Of a DNA stretch of 64,000 nucleotides, positions 39,697-48,758 are shown piece after piece. The stretch comes from Spirochaetia bacterium (GTDB lineage Bacteria > Spirochaetota > Spirochaetia > UBA9216): positions 1,344,001-1,408,000 of the forward strand of contig CAXXYH010000003.1 in NCBI GenBank assembly GCA_963677925.2, in the 5' to 3' direction. A program made the translations under genes and the position numbers. The notes beneath the pieces were generated by a model, which saw only the letters and a program-made list of their open reading frames with translations, searched no databases and was not told where the DNA came from. Position 1 is the stretch's first letter. Every line of letters starts with the position of its first letter.

Positions 39697-39749
39697 ATTA
39701 CCTCCAATTTACTGATTAACATGATATATACAGTAACCATATAAAAGAA

Positions 39750-39784
39750 TATCTAATCCAACATATAATTTGCCTATTTCTACA
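39750..39784. promoter_or_regulatory. Tandem AraC-type operator, site B
   Basis: TATCTAATCCAACA-N7-TGCCTATTTCTACA; the second half-site is identical to that of site A. Confidence 0.7.
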
Positions 39785-39862
39785 TAACCCACACCCCAGA
39801 TACATACATTCGTTTTTTTTCATGCCAATTACAACCATTACTTTATAAAACTAATAATCATC

Positions 39863-39887
39863 AAAAAATCCCGGGGCAACCCGGGAT
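39863..39887 (-). terminator. Intrinsic terminator of the GRE-transporter operon
   Basis: ATCCCGGG-gcaa-CCCGGGAT hairpin with a U-tract on the minus strand. Confidence 0.75.
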
Positions 39888-39929
39888 AAAAAGAAAAGAA
39901 ATGAAATAAAAAGGAAATCACTTTTTTAA

Positions 39930-41216
39930 CTAGTAAATCCCTATAGCAATCATCACCAGATACAGAGCTATATTAATAAACGGCCATCCAAGAAGAAAAT
40001 TAAAAATAGTTTTCCTGTGACCATCATCATCAACACTTGCAACTACAAGTCCACCGCTTCCGGAGAAAGGTGATACTGCTGTAGCCATAGAACCTACAGC
40101 AACAGCTGCAAAGGCTATTCCGGGATTGAAGCCTCCGGCGATTGCCAATGCGGGAACCAGGGCAAGGAAGGTTGTATTTACGACGAATCCGCTTACGAAC
40201 AGACTCATAATACCGGCAAAAAGAGCAAGCATCATTGGAATAATTCCGGTTGGCACACTGGTGGACAGCCAGTTTGATACCATCTCTATTGCGCCGGTCT
40301 TACTTACAATACCAATCAATGTACCCATTCCGCATAATGTGGTAAGGGCTGAAAGGGGAACTTTTTTGAAAGCTTCCTTTTCATCACCAACCTTGAATAA
40401 CGAAAGAAGAACTACTCCTATGAATGCAATCCAGATAAGGTACACACCTCTTGAGAACTTGACTGCAACAGGATTTCCATGTCCCAGCAGTCCTGCCAAA
40501 GGAGCAGCAACAAGAAGAACAACAAAACCGATTATTACAGCAAGGTTAATTCTCTGCTTTTTATTAAAAGGTTCAGGTTTACTAAGCTCTGGAGCCTTGA
40601 TCTTGTAACCTTTAAAGACTATGTAAGCAATTATAAAAATAATTGTATAAAGGAGTGTAATCTGGAAAAGGGCATGGTTTCCAAAATTATGGGCTTCAGC
40701 CTCGGAATGCCCGCCGAAATTCATTATGAGTTCTCTAAGAAAAATACCAGCTGTACTAATAGGGGTGAACCCGCCGGCACTGATTCCTGACACACATGAA
40801 ACAGCAGCGAGGATGTTATTCATACCTGTTACCTTTGCAATGGTAAGCCCGATAGGAATCATCATAACAGTAGCCCCGTCACCGGCCCCTATTCCAGCCA
40901 TAATAAATGAAAGGATGTACAGAACTATAGGAATGGCCCACGGAATATTCCTTACAGAATAAACAACTTTATCAGCAACTTTTTCGAGTGTTCCGTTCAG
41001 AACCGCAAAACTGTAAAAGAGTGTTACAGAAAACAGAAGAAGAAATAGTCTGGTCGGAAAAACACCGACTAATCCTCGGGGTGATTCACCAAGCACAAAG
41101 ACACCGATAATATAGGCAGCGGTTATAGCCCATAAACCTATATTGGTTTTTGTTTTTGTTCCAATCACAATAACGGCTACTATTGCAATCAAGCTGATAA
41201 TGATGATAGTCATCAA
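39930..41216 (-). CDS. IT-superfamily carboxylate carrier (SLC13/MatC-like), copy 1
   Basis: Highly hydrophobic; NIGLWAI, FAVLNGTLE, SPFSGSGGLVVAS. Confidence 0.75.
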   Translation of the reverse strand: MMTIIIISLIAIVAVIVIGTKTKTNIGLWAITAAYIIGVFVLGESPRGLVGVFPTRLFLLLFSVTLFYSFAVLNGTLEKVADKVVYSVRNIPWAIPIVLYILSFIMAGIGAGDGATVMMIPIGLTIAKVTGMNNILAAVSCVSGISAGGFTPISTAGIFLRELIMNFGGHSEAEAHNFGNHALFQITLLYTIIFIIAYIVFKGYKIKAPELSKPEPFNKKQRINLAVIIGFVVLLVAAPLAGLLGHGNPVAVKFSRGVYLIWIAFIGVVLLSLFKVGDEKEAFKKVPLSALTTLCGMGTLIGIVSKTGAIEMVSNWLSTSVPTGIIPMMLALFAGIMSLFVSGFVVNTTFLALVPALAIAGGFNPGIAFAAVAVGSMATAVSPFSGSGGLVVASVDDDGHRKTIFNFLLGWPFINIALYLVMIAIGIY

Positions 41217-41269
41217 TACCTCCTATTTATTTTTTTACCGGCTTCTCCTCCGGCATTAATTTCAATGAT

Positions 41270-43660
41270 TTATACCTCAGCAAAAGCTGTTCGCTCTATA
41301 ATTTCATTCTGCATGTCATTTCCAAGGGCTGTAAAATATGCACTATATCCGGCAACCCTTACTACAAGATCCTGATGCTCATCTGGAGCAGCCTGAGCTT
41401 CAATCAGATCATCCTTGTTTACAATATTGAACTGAATGTGCTTTCCGCCCTGTGAAAAATATGTTTTGATAAGCGAACCAAGCTTTAAAAGATCAGCCCG
41501 GCTTTTCAATGCCGACGGATGAAACTTCATATTCAACAGAGTTGCCTGATAAGTGTCCTGATTAATCTTCATTGCACTCTTAAGTACACCAGTCGGCCCG
41601 TTCTTATCCATACCGTGATTAGGCGACATACTTCCATCAGCAAGTATTTCACCTCGCTTACGTCCGTCCGGGGTGGCGCCGGTAAGGGCTCCGCCCGGCT
41701 GATGGGCTGTGATTGATATTGCAGTTGCTATACCCTTTCCCCCGAAAAAGGATCTTAAGGAAACGAGTTTCTTTTCAAATTTCTCATAAACTTCAGCTGC
41801 AAGTTCATCTACATAGTCAACTCCGTTACCGTACTTTGGAACTGCCAGAAAATCTTTCTGCATTTCTTCAAAACCGACCCAGTCTGAATCGAGAGCTTTG
41901 ACAAGCTCATCCATTGAGTATTTCTTGTCTTCATAGACGAGTTTTTTAACTGCAGCAAGTGAATCAGCAACATTGATACCTCCAACAGGACAGAGGGAGA
42001 GGCTGTTTTCAAACGGAATGGAACGCCTTAAAATATCCTTTCCCTCTTTGACTGCATCAAACATCAATGAAGATCTGAATGGATCAGGAAATAAGTTCTG
42101 CTCGGCTCTTAGTTCAATATTACATTTCTCAACCCCGAGCTCAATGAAGTAATCCATCTGTTTATAGAAGGCATTCTTAAATGCTTCAAAATCTGACATC
42201 TGTGTAACATCACCTGTTTTAATTCCGACAGTTTCATTGGTACCCTTATTAAATCCGTTGTGCATGAATATATCGAAGGCCAACGCAACAACGATAAATC
42301 CGAAAGTTGCAGTCCTTGATTTTCCCGGAATAGCACCATCGAGACAGCCGCATACAATATAATTACGGGCGTCTTCTATGGGCAAACCATGATACTGGTG
42401 AAAGAAATTTATGTAAGATTTATCTCCGATGAAGGCGGGCATTCCAATTCCGGCTTTTACAACTTCAAGGGCCTTTACCATCAGCTCATCAGGTGTTTTA
42501 TCATGTACTCTCAGAGTGAGTGTATGATGAGGTATTTTAGTTTCCATTGCGGCATCAAGCAGAAGATATGTAAGCTTGTTGCTGGCATCATTTCCATCTT
42601 TATCAACACCCCCGATAATAAAATTATGCCATTTAGCCATACCGGCATTTTTTTTCCTGTTCTGCTGACCTGAAACTCGATTTAGTTTGATATCCTTGAT
42701 ACGCAGAAGTTCTAAAAGTTCAATTACTTCCTCATCAGTAGTAATTCCTTTTTCAATATCATTTTTATAAAATGGATACATGTACTGATCAAAACGTCCG
42801 GCTGCAGCTGTAGTTGCAGGATTTATCATTAGAAAGGTGAACCAGAAGCACTGTATCGCTTCAAAAAAAGTTTCAGCAGGTTTGGCAGGTACTTTCGAAC
42901 AGGCTTTAGAAATTCGCATTAGTTCAAGTTTTCTTTCAGGGTCATTTTCTTCCATAGCCATCTCGGCTGCAAGTTCCGAATACCTCTGTGCAAGCCTTAT
43001 GAGGGCTTTATGAACAATAATAACAGAATTAAGAAAATCGACAGCTTCCTGATCAGGAGTTTCGCTAGCTTCCTGAATTTTCAAAGCTTCTTCGCACTCT
43101 GCAATTAAACTTAATGAACCTTCGTTCAGCATCTTTTCATAATCAACTCCAATCAGAAAGAACCCCGGGCCAAGGCCGAGACCGGACTGAGCATAACCAC
43201 CGCCGCTGCCTTCAGCCCCTTTCCAGGGAGGAAGCATTACTCCTGATTTCATGAAAGGCCATAGTTGCTCGCTTTTCATAAATTCAGCACCCATGGCTGA
43301 AATTAGTGTTTCACTGCTGAATTTTTCATTAATTTTCTGTATTTCATCTTCATCTGCAGGATTGATTATGTAATTTTCATTTTTTAATGATTCAATTTCA
43401 TCCGGCGTCCACGTACCATATTCATAATCAATCTCAAGGCCAAAGGGTTTACTTGCCCCTGCTCCCGCAAAAAGTTCATCATCTTCAATAAAAATAGTTA
43501 TTTTTTCAAGAATATTTTTTATAATAGCCGCGCGTCGAAGTACGCTGGGCTGCCCTTCAGTAGCTGAAAGAGTCTGTGTAGCTATTTTAAATTTCTCAAT
43601 ACAAAGAGGGTACTTTTCTACCTTCAGTGTATCTAAAAGCCGTTCAATTCTTGGTGTCAT
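41270..43660 (-). CDS. Glycyl radical enzyme of an unassigned subclass
   Basis: C-terminal LVVRVAGYSAYF Gly-radical motif, HIQFN, GRFDQYMYPFY, ATPDGR; Cys loop YIVCGCLDG; 796 aa. Confidence 0.92.
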   Translation of the reverse strand: MTPRIERLLDTLKVEKYPLCIEKFKIATQTLSATEGQPSVLRRAAIIKNILEKITIFIEDDELFAGAGASKPFGLEIDYEYGTWTPDEIESLKNENYIINPADEDEIQKINEKFSSETLISAMGAEFMKSEQLWPFMKSGVMLPPWKGAEGSGGGYAQSGLGLGPGFFLIGVDYEKMLNEGSLSLIAECEEALKIQEASETPDQEAVDFLNSVIIVHKALIRLAQRYSELAAEMAMEENDPERKLELMRISKACSKVPAKPAETFFEAIQCFWFTFLMINPATTAAAGRFDQYMYPFYKNDIEKGITTDEEVIELLELLRIKDIKLNRVSGQQNRKKNAGMAKWHNFIIGGVDKDGNDASNKLTYLLLDAAMETKIPHHTLTLRVHDKTPDELMVKALEVVKAGIGMPAFIGDKSYINFFHQYHGLPIEDARNYIVCGCLDGAIPGKSRTATFGFIVVALAFDIFMHNGFNKGTNETVGIKTGDVTQMSDFEAFKNAFYKQMDYFIELGVEKCNIELRAEQNLFPDPFRSSLMFDAVKEGKDILRRSIPFENSLSLCPVGGINVADSLAAVKKLVYEDKKYSMDELVKALDSDWVGFEEMQKDFLAVPKYGNGVDYVDELAAEVYEKFEKKLVSLRSFFGGKGIATAISITAHQPGGALTGATPDGRKRGEILADGSMSPNHGMDKNGPTGVLKSAMKINQDTYQATLLNMKFHPSALKSRADLLKLGSLIKTYFSQGGKHIQFNIVNKDDLIEAQAAPDEHQDLVVRVAGYSAYFTALGNDMQNEIIERTAFAEV

Positions 43661-43713
43661 TTTTGCCTCCGTCTAATCCAAATATATCAGCATAATTTAA
43701 TAATCTGTATATA

Positions 43714-43729
43714 TGCAATTTATGTGCCA
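43714..43729 (-). promoter_or_regulatory. Sigma54 -24/-12 promoter of the GRE operon
   Basis: TGGCACATAAATTGCA (consensus TGGCAC-N5-TTGC), 54 nt upstream of the ATG. Confidence 0.88.
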
Positions 43730-43888
43730 TATATAAACTTCTTTTTCCATTTTAGACTTTTTCTTAAATATTCTAATTCTGATTAAACTTTGGTGCATTT
43801 TTAACGTATTTATATATTTTTTTAGTTTTATGTTCAGAATAAGGCCTCCAAATTCCACATTAAGTATATTAACGTTACAGGACACAAA

Positions 43889-43913
43889 GTTACACTTTGT
43901 AACCTTTTGCAAC
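43889..43913. promoter_or_regulatory. Putative enhancer (UAS) for the GRE promoter
   Basis: GTTACACTTTGTAAC palindrome overlapping TGTAACCTTTTGCAAC; same motif at the same distance as 61709-61725. Confidence 0.55.
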
Positions 43914-43993
43914 GTTCTTATAAAACAATAAAAACTACATTAATCTGCTGCATTAGCCTTAATAAATATCAAAAGTATAATTCTGCCTGAAAT

Positions 43994-44010
43994 TGTTTCA
44001 TATTGTTACA
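43994..44010. promoter_or_regulatory. Putative enhancer (UAS) for the solute-binding protein promoter
   Basis: TGTTTCATATTGTTACA, a variant of the shared motif. Confidence 0.5.
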
Positions 44011-44118
44011 GACTGTCAGTACTTTCAATAAGAATGTTTCACTGCATAAAGACACATTCTAACTATGTTCGCGAACTTACTGCGAAGGAAAAGGAATTTC
44101 CCTGTATTTAACAGGAAT

Positions 44119-44134
44119 TGGCATATATTTTGCA
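44119..44134 (+). promoter_or_regulatory. Sigma54 -24/-12 promoter of the solute-binding protein gene
   Basis: TGGCATATATTTTGCA, then GGAGG at 44146 and ATG at 44157. Confidence 0.8.
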
Positions 44135-44156
44135 ATTCTCATTCCGGAGGTTAAAT

Positions 44157-45746
44157 ATGAAAAATTTTCATATCAAAAAATCAGTTCCAAAAGTATTAAT
44201 TGCAGCAGGTCTACTTGTTATGCTGCTGGCGGTATCACAGTTTTCATCCTGTGTCACCACGGACGCTTCAGCAAAACAGCTGAATGTAGCTTTGTCTACT
44301 CTGGCCGAAGAAAACTTTCTTCCCTGGAACGGAAGTACAGTCAGAAAGCCCTATCTGGATTGTATTTACGAATACATCGCGTATATCGATCCGGAAACAT
44401 CAGAACCGATCCCAGGCCTTGCTGAAAGCTGGAAATACTCTGATGACGGCCGGACTGTAACCCTGTTCATCAGAAAAGGAATTCAATTCCAGCAAGGCTG
44501 GGGAGAGTTTTCAGCTGAAGATGTTAAGTTTTCCATCGACAGAATGCTTGATCCTTCCGCTGTAGGCGGCCAGGCTTCAGCATTAAGAATGGCCGTTGCT
44601 TCGGTTGAAGCTGCGGAGAAGTATAAAGCCGTTATTACCCTGAAGGCTCCGGATCCTGTATTTGTTCAGGGTTATCTTGGAAATGGTGTAGCTATTCCCA
44701 TGGCATGTAAAAAATACATTGAAGAGATGGGAGAAGACTATGCGAATGATAACCCGGTAGGAACCGGAGCTTACACTCTGGGCGGTCATGTTGAAGGTAC
44801 ATCCGTTTCTGTACAAAAAGTCGAAGGAATGGACGAACACTGGCGTGTGAAACCGGAATTTGATACCATCAATTTTCTCGCTGTTTCAGACGAAGCTGAG
44901 CGCGTAGCTATGCTTAAAAATGGAGATATCGATCTTGCTCCGATAAACTGCAGCTCCATTACAGAAGTTGAACAGGCTGGATTGGAGACTGTTTCAATTT
45001 ATCATAATTATACTGCGGTTCTCCGTTTCGGCGGTACCAGCGGCATGTACCCTAACCCTGATGTTCCCTGGGCAAAAAAAGAGGTTCGACAGGCACTTAA
45101 TTATGCTGTAGACAGAGATAAGCTTATCAATGAAGTCCTTAAAGGAGAAGGAGATCCGGCAGGGATTGACCCCGATGCAAATGAGTTTAAAGATATAAAA
45201 GCTTACCCCTACGATCCTGCAAAGGCAAAAGCACTTCTGGCACAGGCCGGGTATCCTGATGGATTTGATGTAACCATCATGGCTGCGGCAACCATACCTG
45301 GTGCAGAACTCCCTATGCTTTCCGAAATGGTAGCAGCCCAATGGAATGAAATAGGTATTCGCGCAGAAGTGAAAGAAATCACAAATGCAGAAATTAGAGA
45401 AGCATGGACTACCGGAAAATATACCGATGTAATATGGACCCACAGAACTTACCCATGTTCAAACCTTGTTACTTCATTCCTTGTAATGAATTCCACCAGA
45501 AGCCCTCATGGTTCATTCTCCAATGAGGACACTGACAAAAGGATTATGAGTATTGCAATGGAAACTGATCCGGATCTTAGACTTTCCAAAATCCAGGAGA
45601 TGGCACAGTGGCTTAATGATGAGGGAGCAAGTATATATCTTGTTCATGGCAATGAGCCTTATGGAATAAGCAGCAAGGTAGGAAACTGGCCGGCTATCAA
45701 TCAGAATGTTACTAATTTTGATCAGATTTCTTTCGGTTCCAGATAA
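44157..45746 (+). CDS. ABC transporter substrate-binding lipoprotein, family 5 (DppA/NikA-like), orphan
   Basis: Lipobox FSSC, PGLAESW, PVGTGAY, VRQALNYAVDR, YDPAKAKALLAQAGYPDGF; start reassigned to 44157 after GGAGG. Confidence 0.9.
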   Translation: MKNFHIKKSVPKVLIAAGLLVMLLAVSQFSSCVTTDASAKQLNVALSTLAEENFLPWNGSTVRKPYLDCIYEYIAYIDPETSEPIPGLAESWKYSDDGRTVTLFIRKGIQFQQGWGEFSAEDVKFSIDRMLDPSAVGGQASALRMAVASVEAAEKYKAVITLKAPDPVFVQGYLGNGVAIPMACKKYIEEMGEDYANDNPVGTGAYTLGGHVEGTSVSVQKVEGMDEHWRVKPEFDTINFLAVSDEAERVAMLKNGDIDLAPINCSSITEVEQAGLETVSIYHNYTAVLRFGGTSGMYPNPDVPWAKKEVRQALNYAVDRDKLINEVLKGEGDPAGIDPDANEFKDIKAYPYDPAKAKALLAQAGYPDGFDVTIMAAATIPGAELPMLSEMVAAQWNEIGIRAEVKEITNAEIREAWTTGKYTDVIWTHRTYPCSNLVTSFLVMNSTRSPHGSFSNEDTDKRIMSIAMETDPDLRLSKIQEMAQWLNDEGASIYLVHGNEPYGISSKVGNWPAINQNVTNFDQISFGSR

Positions 45747-45762
45747 TTCAAAACTGAATATC

Positions 45763-45797
45763 TCCCGATGCCCTGAAGGACTTCCAGGGCATCGGGA
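45763..45797. terminator. GC-rich hairpin between convergent genes (terminator)
   Basis: TCCCGATGCCCTG / CAGGGCATCGGGA 13-bp inverted repeat. Confidence 0.75.
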
Positions 45798-45832
45798 ATA
45801 GTTATTTGAATAAAATAAATTGCTGATATATT

Positions 45833-47647
45833 TCAGACAGGAACTTTAGATAATAAATTTGAGAATAGACCGGAGTTCAAAGCATGATTAATAGTCTGCA
45901 ATGCTTTTATGTGCTCATCCGGATTTTGTTTTGGAGATATGATGAGAAAAACCAGGTCAACATGTTTCTCGGGTTTTATATGCCACAAGACAGGCTTTTC
46001 CAGTTTACAGCCAATGGCGACAGCATCATCGACAAATTCGGATCTGCAGTGAGGCATTGCAATCCCTTCTATCAAAACCGTAGAACCCAGCTGTTCCCTT
46101 TCGATAACAGCATTCATTGTGTAGTTTACATCTTCAACATAACCATGTTCAAAAAGTGATGTTATGAGTTGGTTTATAATTTGAGTTTTAGACATTGAAT
46201 TCTGAACTTCCATTCTCTGCATAGGAACCGGCATCAACCGATCCAAATTAAGAGGCGGTTGAGGAAGGGTTTGTTTTTTAACAGCTTCTGCTTCACCGGC
46301 GGTCCACTGCTTCCATCTTATCAAAGTCCGTTCAGACAAAAAAGCGCCTACAAGTTCAAACATAACCAATGCCGGGACTATGGTATTGAAAACCATAGCA
46401 CCTTCTTCACCGCCCAGTACACTCGCTACAAGAATTGTTTCAACTGCTGCCATACCCGCCTGAGGGAGCATCAGCTTGGGAATACTTGCCGTAATTTTTT
46501 GGTCCTGTCCTGTCAGTTTGCAGCCGATCCAGTTTCCTCCCAGCTTTGAAACTGTCCTCAGTCCGAAGTATCCAAGAACCAGAAATAATGTATCAAGCGA
46601 GAAGGTTTCTATCTGAACACTTGCCCCTATAATACCGAAGAACAGCAGATTAAAAACCGGCATAACATCTTTCAGTTTAAGTGAATCAAACAGCGCATTT
46701 GTATGAAAATTTGCTACCAGGATTCCGGCAAGCACAGCAACAATGAGGAAAGGCAGATCAAAATGCATTGCTACTGAAATGACAATCGCAATAGCACCTA
46801 TGATTATCAAAAGTATTTCAACAGATGGAGTCGGATGATCTGAAAGTATTGATGACAGCAGAGAATTATTATCGTCACCATTCAGATCTTCATGCTCATG
46901 CTTATAATTTCTGATTGTGAAGCGCAGTATGATAAAAAGAACAACGCCAAGAAGCACTGCAAGCCCCATCTCGAGGGATACATCTGCAAAGATATGCACA
47001 GGCGAAATGTGTTCCCCTGCTTTAATACCTGTTGCAACACCAAGCATGATAGAAAACACTATAACTTCTAAAACATCATCAAGAACAACAATATTTGCAA
47101 GTATGTTTTTAAGCGGACCTTCTATCTGGAAACGCGACATTAATATAAAGGTAAGCGCAGGTGCTGTTGCAATACCGATTGAACCTATCAGCATGGCAAC
47201 CACCCATGAAGCTCTGAATATAAAATGAAACCCAAGTGAAATAACCATCCAAGTCAGGACCGCCTGGATCAGGCAAATGATAGTTGCTTTTACGCCTACC
47301 TGTTTTAGACGATTCCAGTGAAGCTCCTCTCCAAGAGAAAAAGCCACTATTCCAAGAAAAAGGAAAACAAAAAAATGTGACCCTTCCATTATGAGTGCGT
47401 AATCATGAAAACGGTTCTCGAAGAAATTAACGGCAGGACCCATTATGGTTAATGATGCTATTCCCGGATGACCGGACAGCCATCTACTGACTAGTAAAAG
47501 AAAATGAGGTCCCACCAGTACACCGCCTATAATCTGACCGATAACTTCACCTACATGAATTTTACGAGCTATTCTTCCGCCGAAATAAGCAGCCAGAACA
47601 AGCAGGCCCAATTCAAAAATCTGTAATTCAATATGTGAAATGCTGAT
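45833..47647 (-). CDS. Cation/H+ antiporter fused to a C-terminal PTS EIIA(Ntr/Fru)-like domain
   Basis: ATAPA, VVLDDV, PQAGMA antiporter motifs; EREQLGSTVLIEGIAMPH EIIA motif; start uncertain (ATC 47647 after a strong SD, or TTG 47611). Confidence 0.85.
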   Translation of the reverse strand: MSISHIELQIFELGLLVLAAYFGGRIARKIHVGEVIGQIIGGVLVGPHFLLLVSRWLSGHPGIASLTIMGPAVNFFENRFHDYALIMEGSHFFVFLFLGIVAFSLGEELHWNRLKQVGVKATIICLIQAVLTWMVISLGFHFIFRASWVVAMLIGSIGIATAPALTFILMSRFQIEGPLKNILANIVVLDDVLEVIVFSIMLGVATGIKAGEHISPVHIFADVSLEMGLAVLLGVVLFIILRFTIRNYKHEHEDLNGDDNNSLLSSILSDHPTPSVEILLIIIGAIAIVISVAMHFDLPFLIVAVLAGILVANFHTNALFDSLKLKDVMPVFNLLFFGIIGASVQIETFSLDTLFLVLGYFGLRTVSKLGGNWIGCKLTGQDQKITASIPKLMLPQAGMAAVETILVASVLGGEEGAMVFNTIVPALVMFELVGAFLSERTLIRWKQWTAGEAEAVKKQTLPQPPLNLDRLMPVPMQRMEVQNSMSKTQIINQLITSLFEHGYVEDVNYTMNAVIEREQLGSTVLIEGIAMPHCRSEFVDDAVAIGCKLEKPVLWHIKPEKHVDLVFLIISPKQNPDEHIKALQTINHALNSGLFSNLLSKVPV

Positions 47648-47657
47648 AGTGTTCTCC

Positions 47658-48659
47658 TTATATTATATCTGTATAGCCTACATGATTGCCTTCTATCGTT
47701 CGATTAAGCAATCTTTTATTAACGAGATAATACAGATGAGATAAAGTTTCACCTACAGCAAACCATTTCTGGTGAGGCGGAAAACTTTCCCAGTCAAGAC
47801 CGCGGGCAGACCATGACAGCTTGCCGGCGATTGAATATGCATCGATACCAGGATTAGAATTGATGATGCCAATAATTTCTTCTATCCTTTTATCATGGTG
47901 CTCGATCAGTTCATCAATTCTGCTGTAAATATCTTTCCGCGGAGTACTGCGGTGTGCGGGAAAGGCTGTCTGGACAGGAAGATTTTTTATACTGTGTAAA
48001 CTGTTCAGGTATTCGGCAAGAGGGTCTTTTCCATCAGCCCATATCCCTATATTTGGAGATATGTCAAAGAGGACATGATCTCCTGTAAAAAGCATTTGTG
48101 TTTCTGCAATATATAACACCATATGTCCCGGACTATGTCCCGGTGTATGAATACATTGACATTCTACTCCGCCAAGATCTATAACGTCGCCGTGTGAAAC
48201 ATTAGTAACAGGAAAAATTTTACCGGGAAGATAAACCCTGTTATGGTTTTCCCGATCCTGCCGGCCGATACTGTCTTCGGGATACCCTTCTTTAATATAA
48301 AGATTATTCAGCCAGCGTATTGTTTCACCTTTAACGGCCCTGAGATAATATTCATAATCATTTTCATTCATATAAATCGTACAATTTTTTTCAGCAAACA
48401 AGGGTGCCTGCCCGAAATGATCAGAATGACCGTGAGTAACAAAAAGGGCGGTTTTAGCCATATCCAGATTTATTTCTTCAATTCCGGACCACAGCTCTTC
48501 CCTGCACTCCTCTGCATCAAATCCTGTATCAATAATCAGGTTTTGTTCTTCACCGCAAATAACATAGGAATTTAAATTCCTTAAAGGATTGTTTTTTAGT
48601 TTTACATCAATAAGCCAGATTTCAGGCGAGTCTGATAATTTTTTAACATTATTTTCCAT
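47658..48659 (-). CDS. Metallo-beta-lactamase fold hydrolase
   Basis: THGHSDH, TPGHSPGH, FTGDH, PAH. Confidence 0.9.
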   Translation of the reverse strand: MENNVKKLSDSPEIWLIDVKLKNNPLRNLNSYVICGEEQNLIIDTGFDAEECREELWSGIEEINLDMAKTALFVTHGHSDHFGQAPLFAEKNCTIYMNENDYEYYLRAVKGETIRWLNNLYIKEGYPEDSIGRQDRENHNRVYLPGKIFPVTNVSHGDVIDLGGVECQCIHTPGHSPGHMVLYIAETQMLFTGDHVLFDISPNIGIWADGKDPLAEYLNSLHSIKNLPVQTAFPAHRSTPRKDIYSRIDELIEHHDKRIEEIIGIINSNPGIDAYSIAGKLSWSARGLDWESFPPHQKWFAVGETLSHLYYLVNKRLLNRTIEGNHVGYTDII

Positions 48660-48758
48660 AAATCTCCCGCATGGTTAACAGATCAATACCAGAAAAACAA
48701 TGCCGGACAAGAAAGTAACTTCCTCCCCGGCATCATACTAATTGTAGATATAGCGTAA

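Noticed and set aside
41270-43660. Annotating the GRE as pyruvate formate-lyase (pflB), or as CutC/HypD
   Set aside because: It lacks the adjacent Cys-Cys pair of PFL and the GCVE loop of those eliminases, and there are no pflA or microcompartment genes nearby.
43760-43790. IHF site between UAS and sigma54 promoter (similar AATCAG-containing AT tract near 61590-61605)
   Set aside because: Only a partial match to WATCAR-N4-TTR in very AT-rich DNA, so not distinguishable from chance.
43697-43912. 71-aa ORF upstream of the GRE as a possible small subunit
   Set aside because: It runs through the sigma54 promoter and UAS in AT-rich DNA, has no SD and lacks a convincing Fe-S Cys pattern.
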